Below, piece after piece: positions 38,120 to 48,218 of a DNA stretch of 64,000 nucleotides. Origin of the DNA: an uncultured virus (IMG/VR IMGVR_UViG_3300008113_000068). Taxonomy: Duplodnaviria > Heunggongvirae > Uroviricota > Caudoviricetes. The stretch's first letter is position 1. Each line of letters begins with the position of its first letter. A program made the translations under genes and the position numbers. The stretch lies in IMG/VR virus record IMGVR_UViG_3300008113_000068. One strand, 5' to 3'. The notes under the pieces were generated by a model. That model saw only the letters and a program-made list of their open reading frames with translations, was not told where the DNA came from and made no database searches.

Positions 38120-38671
38120 TTAGTTTAATTTTAAATTAAAATTCTTGTTACTATCTTCAAGCAAAGAATATTTTGTAGTTACGATTCCGTTTTTATCGTT
38201 TTCCTCATAACTATCCCACAATTCTTTGTATGTGTTTTTTGCTCTGCTTCGTAGTTCATCAATTGTGTATGATGTTTTACCCGATTCCATCAATCTATCC
38301 AATTCCTCTTCAATTCTCAATCCAATTTGGTCAGGTTGTGCAACATCATCTTTCTTATTCGAAACTTTGTTGTCTGAACCTTTTGCATTTTGATTTTCTA
38401 AGTCATCTAACACATCATCGGCATCAATAGGCATATCATCATCATTGTTGTCTGTATCATGCAGATAATCCAATATTTCGTATGTTACCCACTTATCCAT
38501 CGCTGCAATTTTCTTTACAGTTGCAGATGAAACAGTTTTACCTTTACGTTCAAGCATGGAAACAGCGCGTAAAACTTTGTTAAGTTCTTCAACACCTGTT
38601 TGTGCATCCTCTGGAAGTTGATTTAATCGTAAATCGTTTTCTTCCATCAATTTTTTATACCTAAATTCCAT
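38120..38671 (-). CDS. Acidic hypothetical protein
   Basis: 183-aa ORF with a promoter-like box at 38690-38697. Confidence 0.7.
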   Translation of the reverse strand: MEFRYKKLMEENDLRLNQLPEDAQTGVEELNKVLRAVSMLERKGKTVSSATVKKIAAMDKWVTYEILDYLHDTDNNDDDMPIDADDVLDDLENQNAKGSDNKVSNKKDDVAQPDQIGLRIEEELDRLMESGKTSYTIDELRSRAKNTYKELWDSYEENDKNGIVTTKYSLLEDSNKNFNLKLN

Positions 38672-38704
38672 ATACTTTGTTTTTTATTTCAAATTTAATC
38701 ATTT

Positions 38705-41700
38705 TTAGCTATTACCTTTGTGTTTCCATCCTGACATTGAACCACCGCTAGCCATTTTATTAGTTTGTTGTTCAAAAAGATTTATCAAATCATCTTCATC
38801 TAACATTGCATTTTGTAAAACACCATTGCTACTTTGATTTGTTGAATAATATCTTTTCCAATAACCTTTTTCTTCTTTGTTTGGGATGATAGTTTGAAAA
38901 TATTTTTGACCATTAACTTCAATAAGTGTTTTTAATTTACCTTCTTTTTTCAGTTTTTGTAATTTGGTTTCACCAACTCCACCGCCATTAGCAAAGTGAT
39001 AAATTTCATCGTCCGTTTTATCATCGGTCACAAAAACTCTAACATCTTTCAATCCTAAATCTGCAAAATCTTCTTTGGCTACTTGAACCAATTTGGATAA
39101 ACCATTTTTGTCGTTAGTAGATGAATGAAAAAATGGTTTTTTACCTTTAACTTCTCCAAAAATATGATAACGCTTTCCGATTTCACCTTTGAGAGGTACT
39201 CCACCGCCATTAACCATTTTGTTTGATTCACCATTATTTGCAATAGAAGTAAATTGTTTCTCGTTATACTTTTTAGCTGTGTACTTGATTCGATAATATT
39301 TTTTATCTCCTGGTGATAAAGTTGCGTTCATACGTTTTGCATAATCTTTTGCTTTTTCTTCTGCATCAGTACCATCAAACGTTTTAACCAATTTATTCAT
39401 CGCTCTATCAAAAAGACCATTTTTTTCACCAATAGAACCACCACTCATAACTACGCAATATTGTGAATTACCAACTCCACCACCGCTAGCCATTTCATTT
39501 GATTGTAACCAGTTTTCAGATTGTTGTTTTAAATCTTCAACTGCATCCTTTTTTGTTTTTTTAGTTGAAGTGAATGTTTTAATAATATTTTCAGGATATC
39601 TTTTTTGTGAATTTTTATCAAAAACTTCTAAACGAAAATCTTTACGCGCTAATGTTCCGTCAAATCTAAATACAACTTCTCCGATATTTTCTTTTACGTA
39701 TTTGTAAGTTGGATTTGAATAAATTGTGTTTCTGCTTGTATCATTTACCCAAATAATTTGCGAACCTGGTTTCCTATCATCGTTGGTTTCTTTAATTCTA
39801 TTCATTACTTTATTTGCAAAAGATCCACCTTCAGACATTTTTGTTTTTACTACTCCTTGTAAATTATACAAATCTATAATCCTTTCGAATTTATCGTAAA
39901 ATGAATCTTCTTTATTAATAGGTTTAATTATTTCATCAAAAATTCTCACTTTACTTTTTGAAAGCTTGTATTTTACTCCTAATTCATCTAATTGTTTAGT
40001 GATATTTTGAACAACTTGTCCACCGCGTGACATTTTTCCGCCTTTAGCAAGTGATTCTTGTGAAATCATTGCCATAACAATATTTATAGAAATATAACCT
40101 TCTTTGTCAAAGAATAGTCTTGCGAATTTTCTAATACGTTCAATGTTACTTTCACTAAGTGTTTCACCATCCTCATTCATATTATCCCATTCTTGTACGC
40201 CTTTTGCGAAAGCAGAATCAAAATTTGTCAATTTTTCAGATAAGTATTTCGGTCCCGGATAATAAGTATCGTTGTAATCTAACCAGTATTCTGAGTCAAA
40301 TTGATTTGGTACCTCATTAGCTCTAGAAACATTTAATGCTTGTTTTACTGTTAAAGAAGTAATTGAGTATCCAGACAAATCATAAACAGCTTCTATTGCG
40401 TTTTTATCGTTTTCATCTGCATAAAATGTATATGATTCTAATTCGCCTTTATGGTAATCAGATTCTGATTCTAATCCGCTCTTATATTTTATATTGTATC
40501 CGTCGTCATCATAATCCCAATCCAATGAAACTAAATTTTTAGCTTTTGATAGTTCATCATATAATTTAACTAAAATTGTTGTTTTGTCATTATCATCTTC
40601 TTCAACATTCATCGTAATTGTCTTACCACCTTTATTTCCAATCATCATGTGTGCAAGGAAAGTATATATCTCATCTTTTTCGAAACCTTCATCTTCTAAT
40701 GAGATAACAATGTATTTTGCATTATTGATAAATTCATCAAGTGTTTCATTTGGAGCCAATTCTTCCATTCTCAAAATCCCACCTGTTGAAACATTGTTTT
40801 CATCAATCATTCCACCAAACGCCATCTTTCCACCATTTTTGTAAATAGGTTTTTTCATGTCTGCTTTGTTTTCACCATCAAGGTAATGTGTGACATCAGA
40901 CAAATCTGTTGTTGCGCGTTCCATTTTTGCAACTACCCAAGGTTCAACAACTGTTTTACTTGTTAATACTTTGTGTAATTCTTCAACATGATGTTTTGCT
41001 TCAACTGCTTGTGAATGTAACATCTCGTTGTTTTCTTCTTGAATGTTACCGCCATCTTCAAATAATCCAAAACGTTTTTTACGTTCACTTGGCATAGATT
41101 TTTTCTTCATAGTACCTAATGAAATAACATCCATATCTTTTTGTGCTAACACTGTACGTCCATTTTCGATGTCTACAATGTAATCACCCTCATCTGTTAT
41201 TTGTGCAATAACTCCTTTGTATTCATCACCTTGGTAATCAATTACAATTTCTTGACCTACAACACCGCCTTTCTCTAAACGAACTGCAAGATTAACATCT
41301 GAACGAATTGGTCTTACTTCGCGATATACAGTTCCGTTTCTCTTACCTTTAGCAATTTGAGTCATTGTAGGTTTATCATAATTACCACGACCTTTGAATC
41401 TCCATCCAACAGGTTTTGCAGGACGTTCAAGGTCTGTTCTAATTGTACTTTTACCCATCGTTTTCAAAAATGAATATTCGGGTTTTTTAGATAACCTACG
41501 AATTAAATCATTGAAATCTGATTTTGGTAACGCTTTTATTTCTGCGCGTTGTGCCAATAACGTTTTTGCAAGTTGTGGCGCAGATTTTGATGCATCCTTC
41601 AACTCGTCTTTTAAACGTGCTTGTTTCTTCTTTAAAGCGGTTTTCAACGTTTCGTTTGTTGTTTCGCTTAACTTGCGTTCAATAACTGCAAGTTCTTTTG

Positions 41701-41722
41701 TGATTGCTGTGCTTCTTAACAT
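38705..41722 (-). CDS. Mosaic polyvalent protein or polyprotein with about 11 [MFYL]xxGG junctions
   Basis: LEKGG, FEDGG, YKNGG, MAFGG, LAKGG, MSRGG, MSEGG, MASGG, MVNGG, FANGG and MASGG separate unrelated modules. Confidence 0.75.
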   Translation of the reverse strand: MLRSTAITKELAVIERKLSETTNETLKTALKKKQARLKDELKDASKSAPQLAKTLLAQRAEIKALPKSDFNDLIRRLSKKPEYSFLKTMGKSTIRTDLERPAKPVGWRFKGRGNYDKPTMTQIAKGKRNGTVYREVRPIRSDVNLAVRLEKGGVVGQEIVIDYQGDEYKGVIAQITDEGDYIVDIENGRTVLAQKDMDVISLGTMKKKSMPSERKKRFGLFEDGGNIQEENNEMLHSQAVEAKHHVEELHKVLTSKTVVEPWVVAKMERATTDLSDVTHYLDGENKADMKKPIYKNGGKMAFGGMIDENNVSTGGILRMEELAPNETLDEFINNAKYIVISLEDEGFEKDEIYTFLAHMMIGNKGGKTITMNVEEDDNDKTTILVKLYDELSKAKNLVSLDWDYDDDGYNIKYKSGLESESDYHKGELESYTFYADENDKNAIEAVYDLSGYSITSLTVKQALNVSRANEVPNQFDSEYWLDYNDTYYPGPKYLSEKLTNFDSAFAKGVQEWDNMNEDGETLSESNIERIRKFARLFFDKEGYISINIVMAMISQESLAKGGKMSRGGQVVQNITKQLDELGVKYKLSKSKVRIFDEIIKPINKEDSFYDKFERIIDLYNLQGVVKTKMSEGGSFANKVMNRIKETNDDRKPGSQIIWVNDTSRNTIYSNPTYKYVKENIGEVVFRFDGTLARKDFRLEVFDKNSQKRYPENIIKTFTSTKKTKKDAVEDLKQQSENWLQSNEMASGGGVGNSQYCVVMSGGSIGEKNGLFDRAMNKLVKTFDGTDAEEKAKDYAKRMNATLSPGDKKYYRIKYTAKKYNEKQFTSIANNGESNKMVNGGGVPLKGEIGKRYHIFGEVKGKKPFFHSSTNDKNGLSKLVQVAKEDFADLGLKDVRVFVTDDKTDDEIYHFANGGGVGETKLQKLKKEGKLKTLIEVNGQKYFQTIIPNKEEKGYWKRYYSTNQSSNGVLQNAMLDEDDLINLFEQQTNKMASGGSMSGWKHKGNS

Positions 41723-41741
41723 GTTCTAAAATTAATAATTT

Positions 41742-43637
41742 TTACTTTCTATTATTTATTTCTTTTTCAATATCAACTAGTTGAATAGTTAATTCATTGT
41801 ATTCATCATCATCTTCATTAAACTCTTGTTTTGCATCTAATGTTTCGCTGTATAACGCGTAAAGTTTATTTTTTGTCATTTTACTTAATTGCAATTGAAA
41901 ATCATTTTCAGGTGTTGATGTTTGTACAGGTTTTACGATTGTGATTCCTTTTACAAATTCATCATTAAGTAACTTGTTAATCGCACCAATTGTTAATTTA
42001 CCTTCAAGTTCTGTACCTTGTTGTGTTCTTAACGTATAAGATTTGTATTTAGGATTGTTGCGTTTGAATTTAATAACTTCATACTCACGTCCACTCCAAT
42101 TTAACTTTTTACCTACTAAATCCTCTGGTTTCCACTCTTTTTTGGTTGTAGTTGTTGGTGCAGGTTGAGATGATGCAGTAGATGTAGTCGTTTGAGGTTG
42201 TGCAGGAGGTGGCGTTGTTTCTTTCCATGTCCATGTTCCTGTTTTACCTATATTGATTGAATACCAGTTACCATCGTTACCTTTGAACTTAGTAGATAGT
42301 AATTCAATTTGCACTGCTGACGTAGAATGTTTTTCTGCAATCTTTTTTAACTCTCCTGCTGATTGTGTTGGTGATTTTCTATCGCCTTTATTAGGTGTAA
42401 ATGAATACGTGTATGTTAATTCTGATTGCGCAGGATATGTTTCGGGATTTGCTGCGGATTGCGTTGGTAATGGGTTTTTAGTAAAGTAATCTATATGACT
42501 TGACCATTGTGCTTTACCTAAGTAAATATTATTATTTTCTAATGACTGTACTGCTTCATCTAAATTTTTAAATCTCTCTTTTGAATATATTTCAGAAAAT
42601 GATTTTCCTAAATATGTATTAAACTCAGATTCAGGTATTCCAAGTGTTACACTAATTCCTTCTGCATCTAATTCTTCTCTTGTTTTAAAACGCCAAGTAG
42701 TTGTTTCACTTACATTTTGAAAAATATCATCGTAGAATATTTCATTGTTCGAATCTTGTGTAAAATATGATGAAGACTCGGTTTTTGATAATATTCCCTC
42801 ATCATCAACAAAAATGTATTTATAATCTAATACCTTTTTGTTACCATTTGACCATAAACCACCTAAGCTAAAAATAAGTTCTTGGAATTTTTTTGACTTA
42901 TCTTGTGTATCAAAATAAATTTTCGTATTGTAAAAATCAGATAATTGTACTTGTTCTGTTTCACTTACATTTGAGAATATTTCTTCGTAAATTCTTTCCT
43001 CTTTATCACTATCTTCCCAGGATTCTTGACTTAAAAAATATAGAGCACCATAATTATTTAAAGCTAAATACTTTTCATCAGTATTATTGACTAATTTTTT
43101 TTTCGATTCATCTTCCACATCATAATCTACCCATTCAGCACCTAAACTTAAAACTAATTCTTGAAATCTTTTTGATTTTTCAGGTGTATCAACTATGATT
43201 TTACTATATTTGAAATCATCTAGCGTCCATTGTTTAGTCTCACTAGTTTGTCCTTCGTATAAAACCCACCCACCAGTTTCAATTTCCTCTAATACATCCT
43301 CTATCTTTTTAAATACATTTCTAGGTTGGTTCTTATTACCCGCAAAGAATTGAACATAAACTCCAATTTTATTGTCTTTTATTTCAGTTATAGTATAAGT
43401 TATTTCTGTATTTGGTGGTTCTTCGCCTACCATATTTCTACGAAACACATCGCCTACCTTAAATGGTAATTCATCAACTTCAACAGGTAATTCATCACCA
43501 CCTAATTTTTTATTTAAGTAATTCAAAGCAAGGTTAATCGCAGAATATAAATCTGGATTTGCTGATTTTATTTCCTTTAATCTTGGTTCGTTAACAGCTT
43601 TCCATTCAGCTACAACTTGTTCTTTTGTATTTTCCAT
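41742..43637 (-). CDS. Multidomain protein with two ~80-aa repeats and an RxSP...GNDG module
   Basis: The repeats are shared with 48215..51772. Confidence 0.7.
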   Translation of the reverse strand: MENTKEQVVAEWKAVNEPRLKEIKSANPDLYSAINLALNYLNKKLGGDELPVEVDELPFKVGDVFRRNMVGEEPPNTEITYTITEIKDNKIGVYVQFFAGNKNQPRNVFKKIEDVLEEIETGGWVLYEGQTSETKQWTLDDFKYSKIIVDTPEKSKRFQELVLSLGAEWVDYDVEDESKKKLVNNTDEKYLALNNYGALYFLSQESWEDSDKEERIYEEIFSNVSETEQVQLSDFYNTKIYFDTQDKSKKFQELIFSLGGLWSNGNKKVLDYKYIFVDDEGILSKTESSSYFTQDSNNEIFYDDIFQNVSETTTWRFKTREELDAEGISVTLGIPESEFNTYLGKSFSEIYSKERFKNLDEAVQSLENNNIYLGKAQWSSHIDYFTKNPLPTQSAANPETYPAQSELTYTYSFTPNKGDRKSPTQSAGELKKIAEKHSTSAVQIELLSTKFKGNDGNWYSINIGKTGTWTWKETTPPPAQPQTTTSTASSQPAPTTTTKKEWKPEDLVGKKLNWSGREYEVIKFKRNNPKYKSYTLRTQQGTELEGKLTIGAINKLLNDEFVKGITIVKPVQTSTPENDFQLQLSKMTKNKLYALYSETLDAKQEFNEDDDEYNELTIQLVDIEKEINNRK

Positions 43638-43644
43638 TTATGAC

Positions 43645-43968
43645 TTATTGATTGTCTATAATTTCAATGTTCTCTATGTTTTCAACCAAACAACGACCTA
43701 AGAATGCATATTTTTCAAAAGGATTAGGAAAAAACTCTTTGAAATTAATTAACATACCGTTCTGTGTTATTTGATACAAATTAGATTCAACAACAGGAGC
43801 CAAACTATTGACTTCAGTAGATTCGTATTGCACAAATATATCTGTAGGAAAATCAGAATTAGTCATAACGCCAATGTTATATATTTTACCATTTCCTGAT
43901 TTTTCGTACTGACTCAATCTGAACATCAAACCTTTTAACTCTAACTCTTGTGCTTTGTATAATCTCAT
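43645..43968 (-). CDS. Hypothetical protein
   Basis: ORF within the operon. Confidence 0.65.
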   Translation of the reverse strand: MRLYKAQELELKGLMFRLSQYEKSGNGKIYNIGVMTNSDFPTDIFVQYESTEVNSLAPVVESNLYQITQNGMLINFKEFFPNPFEKYAFLGRCLVENIENIEIIDNQ

Positions 43969-43972
43969 TTTT

Positions 43973-45640
43973 TTATATTTTAGTTAGTTCTTCAATTAGC
44001 TTTTCAGCTATTTCATTCCGCTTTTCAATCTGTTCTGGTGGTGTTGCAAAAATACCTCCTCCACCAAAAATTGTCATTTCATTGATTTTCTCTGTAATAT
44101 ATTTGATTGGGTTTTCATAAGAGTAACCCACACTAATCGTATCCCCGTAAGCATTATATTGTAAAGGAGCTTTTACAAATGCTAAAAATTCTGTCAATAC
44201 CTCTTGGAAAAGTATGTTTTTTTCAACTCTAATCAAAAATTCAATCTCTTGAAGAATGGATTGTTGTTGTTTTATAATTTCGCGATAAACTTTAGTTGGT
44301 TTATTTGAGTTAAAAATATCAAATTTGTCTTTGATTGTAAATGCAGATATTTTCATCCACATTTCAAACCATTTATTTACTGAAGGTTCATTTTTAATCA
44401 ACTCTGAAATATCACTTTTATTAAATGCGTTCCGAATCCTATATTTGAAATCATCCCATTTTATATTCAAAGGTAAATCATGAAAATATATTAAACCTTG
44501 TGGTATAACTTCTTTTGCTTTCCAAATACCTTTTTCTGAATATTGTGCATATTTCTGTCTGAAACGTTCAAAACCTTCTTGATATTGTTTTTCTGTCCAA
44601 TCTGGATTTCCTCCTATGTTCAAAGAACCTGATGCTAATTCATGAAATCGCATATTATAAACTGCATGCTCATATAAATCTATATAAGACCTTGAACCTA
44701 CTGCGAAAAACCTTGGTTTATCAATTTCTTGCCCATATTCTTTAACGCACATAGGCATAATCGTATAACTACTATTTGGTTGATTATATTTTACCCATTC
44801 ATCATACAAAGGTAAAGTTATTCCTGTTAAAACATCTTTTTTCTTTGGTTTAGGTGAGTTTGCTGCAATTACAAAACGTGTAACATACAATTTAGTCAAT
44901 GTACCCATTTTTTCAAGATATTCAGCTGCCATTAACATAGGTATATGCCTTACAGCGAAAGAGAAATCATCGCTCATTCTAGTATAATAATGAGCTGAGT
45001 AAATTTCGACATAACGAACCTTACCACCTTGTCTTTTGTATTTCAAGTATGGTTTTTTAGTTTTAGATGCGAACTTTACTTTATTCGTTGGCATTGAAGG
45101 TATAATCAAACCAGTTCCCTCTTGTATTTTTGTTTGAAGGTTAGGTTGTTCTTGTAAAAGTTTAGTTAATCCTTTTTGCCTACGAACACAAATGTATTCT
45201 GTGCCTGTTTTATCGTCTTTATAAATAAAATTATTTACCCCTTGAATTACTACTTTATTAACATAATAATTAGGTACAACACCACTTGGAACATTATAAC
45301 TATCAAATAAATTCGGTTGGTCGTTTTTTAATTGCTCACTGTAAAATTCATGAACACGAAATAATTGTTGTGAAGCTAAACTAAAATCAAAAACACCAAT
45401 AGGTCTATCTGTAAATTCTAATTTACTTTTATCATTTTCGCCACCTAAATTGAAATTAATCGCATTACCTTCAAATAAATTTGAAAGACTTCTATCATAA
45501 ATATCATTTTTATACCTGAGTACGTATGCATCAAATGAGCCATTTCCTTTTTGAGAATCATAATATTCTTTAAATTCCTCTACGGTATCTAAAGCCCACC
45601 CATATAATTGCGCGTCTGACCAGTGGTTATATACACCCAT
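43973..45640 (-). CDS. Large hypothetical protein, possible divergent vWA-type partner of the AAA+ ATPase
   Basis: Position directly after the MoxR-type ATPase; no clear MIDAS motif. Confidence 0.5.
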   Translation of the reverse strand: MGVYNHWSDAQLYGWALDTVEEFKEYYDSQKGNGSFDAYVLRYKNDIYDRSLSNLFEGNAINFNLGGENDKSKLEFTDRPIGVFDFSLASQQLFRVHEFYSEQLKNDQPNLFDSYNVPSGVVPNYYVNKVVIQGVNNFIYKDDKTGTEYICVRRQKGLTKLLQEQPNLQTKIQEGTGLIIPSMPTNKVKFASKTKKPYLKYKRQGGKVRYVEIYSAHYYTRMSDDFSFAVRHIPMLMAAEYLEKMGTLTKLYVTRFVIAANSPKPKKKDVLTGITLPLYDEWVKYNQPNSSYTIMPMCVKEYGQEIDKPRFFAVGSRSYIDLYEHAVYNMRFHELASGSLNIGGNPDWTEKQYQEGFERFRQKYAQYSEKGIWKAKEVIPQGLIYFHDLPLNIKWDDFKYRIRNAFNKSDISELIKNEPSVNKWFEMWMKISAFTIKDKFDIFNSNKPTKVYREIIKQQQSILQEIEFLIRVEKNILFQEVLTEFLAFVKAPLQYNAYGDTISVGYSYENPIKYITEKINEMTIFGGGGIFATPPEQIEKRNEIAEKLIEELTKI

Positions 45641-45643
45641 CTT

Positions 45644-47032
45644 TTAGTTAGATTGAGATTGTTTATATTTTGTAATCAATGTTTGTGCTTCTGCAATTTC
45701 AGATGGTGTGTTGAAATCATTTGCAACTTTCATACCTGAATGAATGTATGGCATTTTGTTTTTCTCTGCAACTATTTTTTTGAAACCATCATAATCAACC
45801 ATAGTTATAATTGATTCTTTTTGAGCGGGTTTGAATAGGTTGAAGAATTCATCCATTGTATCAACCAATGTTTTTGGACTTGAAATCAAATTTGCTTTTC
45901 CTGTTTGAATTTCATCCATTACATCTCTATATGTGCGATATGTTTCTTTTGAATTAATCATAATACGCATTGAAACGAATGCTTGTGATTGTGCGCGAAG
46001 TTCAACGATTGCTTCACGTACTTTAATAAGGAAAATCCAAATGAAAGCATATCCCGACATAATTACATTGTATTCAAACTGATAATCATATCCAATTTTG
46101 TATGTTGAACCTACAAAACGGTCTTGTAAAGATAAATCTTGTTTGAAGTTCGCTTCATAATCTGGGTCAATAGTATTTAACGGAACGTTACCGGTTGCAA
46201 TAACGAAAAGATTTTGTAGGAATAATTGTACACCTTTACCATTTCTGATTGAAGGTCTAATTAACAATCCAGTTGCTGGGTTTTCAGAAAAGTTTTTAAC
46301 CTTCGCTAATGCATCATTCATGATACCTGCTGTATTCGGGTCAATTTTTGGTAACTCATCAAGTAACAAAACAACACCATCTACTCGTCTTGCACTTCCG
46401 TCAGATTCATAAATCACGTTTTCCCACGACATTGATACGCGACCTTCTTGGTATCCTTCAATCGTTTGACCACCTAAAATATCAAGAGGCGATGTATATT
46501 GTGAACAGTTCACAGTAATTAACTCCCAACCTAATAATTTAGCAATTTCTTCTGCCATGTATGTTTTACCTGTACCTGCAGCACCATATAAATATGAATT
46601 GTTTCTAGCTCTCATATCACTCAACAACATTTGAGTTAATGGCTTTTGCAAAAATGCATCAGTTGTTGATGTTACTTTCGGTTGTGCGTTGAGTTGAGTG
46701 ATTGTAAGTTCAATCTTACGACTGCTTTGAATTAATGCGCGTAAACTATCAGATAAATCAGTTTCATTGATTTTACGTGCTTTCAACACATCTTCAATTT
46801 CTTTACGTACATCTACCCCACTTGTAAATCCTTTTGAAATAGCTTTGTTTAATGCATCAAGAATTGCTTGTGCATCTGGGTCTTGTGTTACACCTGCTGA
46901 TTGATTGTGAATTGCAACTTTACCTTCTGTTTCAAGCATTCTCAATTGTGATTGCGCACTTGCAACAGCTTGTGGGTTTGCATTTTTATCAATGATTGCT
47001 TGTAATCTTTCTATTTGTTTTTCCTTATCCAT
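45644..47032 (-). CDS. MoxR / CbbQ / CobS-type AAA+ ATPase
   Basis: GAAGTGKT, VNCS, LLLDE, IATGN and LQDRF. Confidence 0.88.
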   Translation of the reverse strand: MDKEKQIERLQAIIDKNANPQAVASAQSQLRMLETEGKVAIHNQSAGVTQDPDAQAILDALNKAISKGFTSGVDVRKEIEDVLKARKINETDLSDSLRALIQSSRKIELTITQLNAQPKVTSTTDAFLQKPLTQMLLSDMRARNNSYLYGAAGTGKTYMAEEIAKLLGWELITVNCSQYTSPLDILGGQTIEGYQEGRVSMSWENVIYESDGSARRVDGVVLLLDELPKIDPNTAGIMNDALAKVKNFSENPATGLLIRPSIRNGKGVQLFLQNLFVIATGNVPLNTIDPDYEANFKQDLSLQDRFVGSTYKIGYDYQFEYNVIMSGYAFIWIFLIKVREAIVELRAQSQAFVSMRIMINSKETYRTYRDVMDEIQTGKANLISSPKTLVDTMDEFFNLFKPAQKESIITMVDYDGFKKIVAEKNKMPYIHSGMKVANDFNTPSEIAEAQTLITKYKQSQSN

Positions 47033-47033
47033 G

Positions 47034-48218
47034 TTATATATTTTTGAAATCGCTTACCATTTGTTTTACGAATTGATTTCTTGTTAAATCAGACCCGTTG
47101 AATTTATTTTTTAGTTCATTTACATTTACATTATTCAAAGTTAAAAAAGAATCAAATATTCTTTCAGTCCTTAATGAAGATTCAATATCATCAGGAGATA
47201 AACCTGTTTCTTCTGATAATTGTTGAATTGCACCTTTATAATCAACATTTTGAACTCTACCTTGTGATTCACTTTGACCATCGCTTAAATCGCCTCCAGT
47301 TTCATCTGGGTTTCTTTGAGGTTGTTCACCCGGTTGAGGTTGTTCGCCCGGTTGAGGTTGTTCGCCTGGTTGAGATTGTTCGCCCGGTTGAGGTTGTTCG
47401 CCTGGTTGAGGTTGTTCACCCGGTTGAGGTTGTTCACCCGGTTGAGGTTGTTCGCCCGGTTGAGGTTGTTCGCCCGGTTGAGGTTGTTCACCCGGTTGAG
47501 GTTGTTCGCCCGGTTGAGGTTGTTCACCTGGTTGAGGTTGTTCGCCCGGTTGAGGTTGTTCGCCTGGTTGAGGTTGTTCGCCCGGTTGAGGTTGTTCGCC
47601 TTCTTGTTCGGGTCCTTCTGTTCCACCCGGTTGTCCCGGTTGATTAACTGATTCTAATGCAATAATAAACGTTGTACTATCATTTGATGCATCTTCATAT
47701 TTCACATCATCAACCAATGCTAAATTCCATTTTGTATTAAATGGTTCAGATAGATTAGGGTCATTTGTGAAATCAAGTTCAGCAAATTTTGGTTTAGTGT
47801 TTTGAACATCATAATTATCAATATTCATTTCTAATGCTAATTCTTGTGTGTTATCTTGTTTCAATAAGAAAACAAATGACTTACCATTTTTCTCAACTGT
47901 GACCATCAATACTTGAACTTCTGGTTCCTCTCCTCCTTGTTGTGGGTTTTCTTGTTTTTGTGTTTCTTCGAACAAATCTTCAAACTTTTCCCACGCTTGT
48001 TTTAAATCATCAGTGTTAAAAATAGTATCTTCTGATTTGGTAATGACATTACCTTCTAAATCTTCAACTACTTTGTCAACAATAAACGAAATTCCACCTG
48101 CTAACTGAACTGCAAATAAAGATATGAGTATTTTTTTATCATCAGATGGATATTTGTAAATATACTCTGTTCTAGCACCTACTTTATTAACTGTTAAGTT
48201 TGATTTATCTAAAATCAT
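47034..48218 (-). CDS. Acidic protein with a (GEQPQP)16 linker
   Basis: Tandem hexapeptide repeat in frame. Confidence 0.75.
   Translation of the reverse strand: MILDKSNLTVNKVGARTEYIYKYPSDDKKILISLFAVQLAGGISFIVDKVVEDLEGNVITKSEDTIFNTDDLKQAWEKFEDLFEETQKQENPQQGGEEPEVQVLMVTVEKNGKSFVFLLKQDNTQELALEMNIDNYDVQNTKPKFAELDFTNDPNLSEPFNTKWNLALVDDVKYEDASNDSTTFIIALESVNQPGQPGGTEGPEQEGEQPQPGEQPQPGEQPQPGEQPQPGEQPQPGEQPQPGEQPQPGEQPQPGEQPQPGEQPQPGEQPQPGEQPQPGEQSQPGEQPQPGEQPQPGEQPQRNPDETGGDLSDGQSESQGRVQNVDYKGAIQQLSEETGLSPDDIESSLRTERIFDSFLTLNNVNVNELKNKFNGSDLTRNQFVKQMVSDFKNI
47316..47600. repeat. 18-bp coding tandem repeat, about 16 copies
   Basis: Unit TGAGGTTGTTC(G/A)CC(C/T)GGT, with variation mostly synonymous in the GEQPQP frame. 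Confidence 0.95.

Noticed and set aside
45644..47032. AAA+ ATPase as a true cobalamin CobS or a terminase
   Set aside because: No cobalamin genes nearby and no nuclease domain; the motifs support only the general MoxR-type class.
47316..47600. 18-bp tandem repeat as a CRISPR array, and the alternative-frame ORFs over it (47174..47647, 47285..47626, 47316..47651)
   Set aside because: No spacers. Variation is mostly synonymous in the GEQPQP frame, so the other frames are open only as a by-product.
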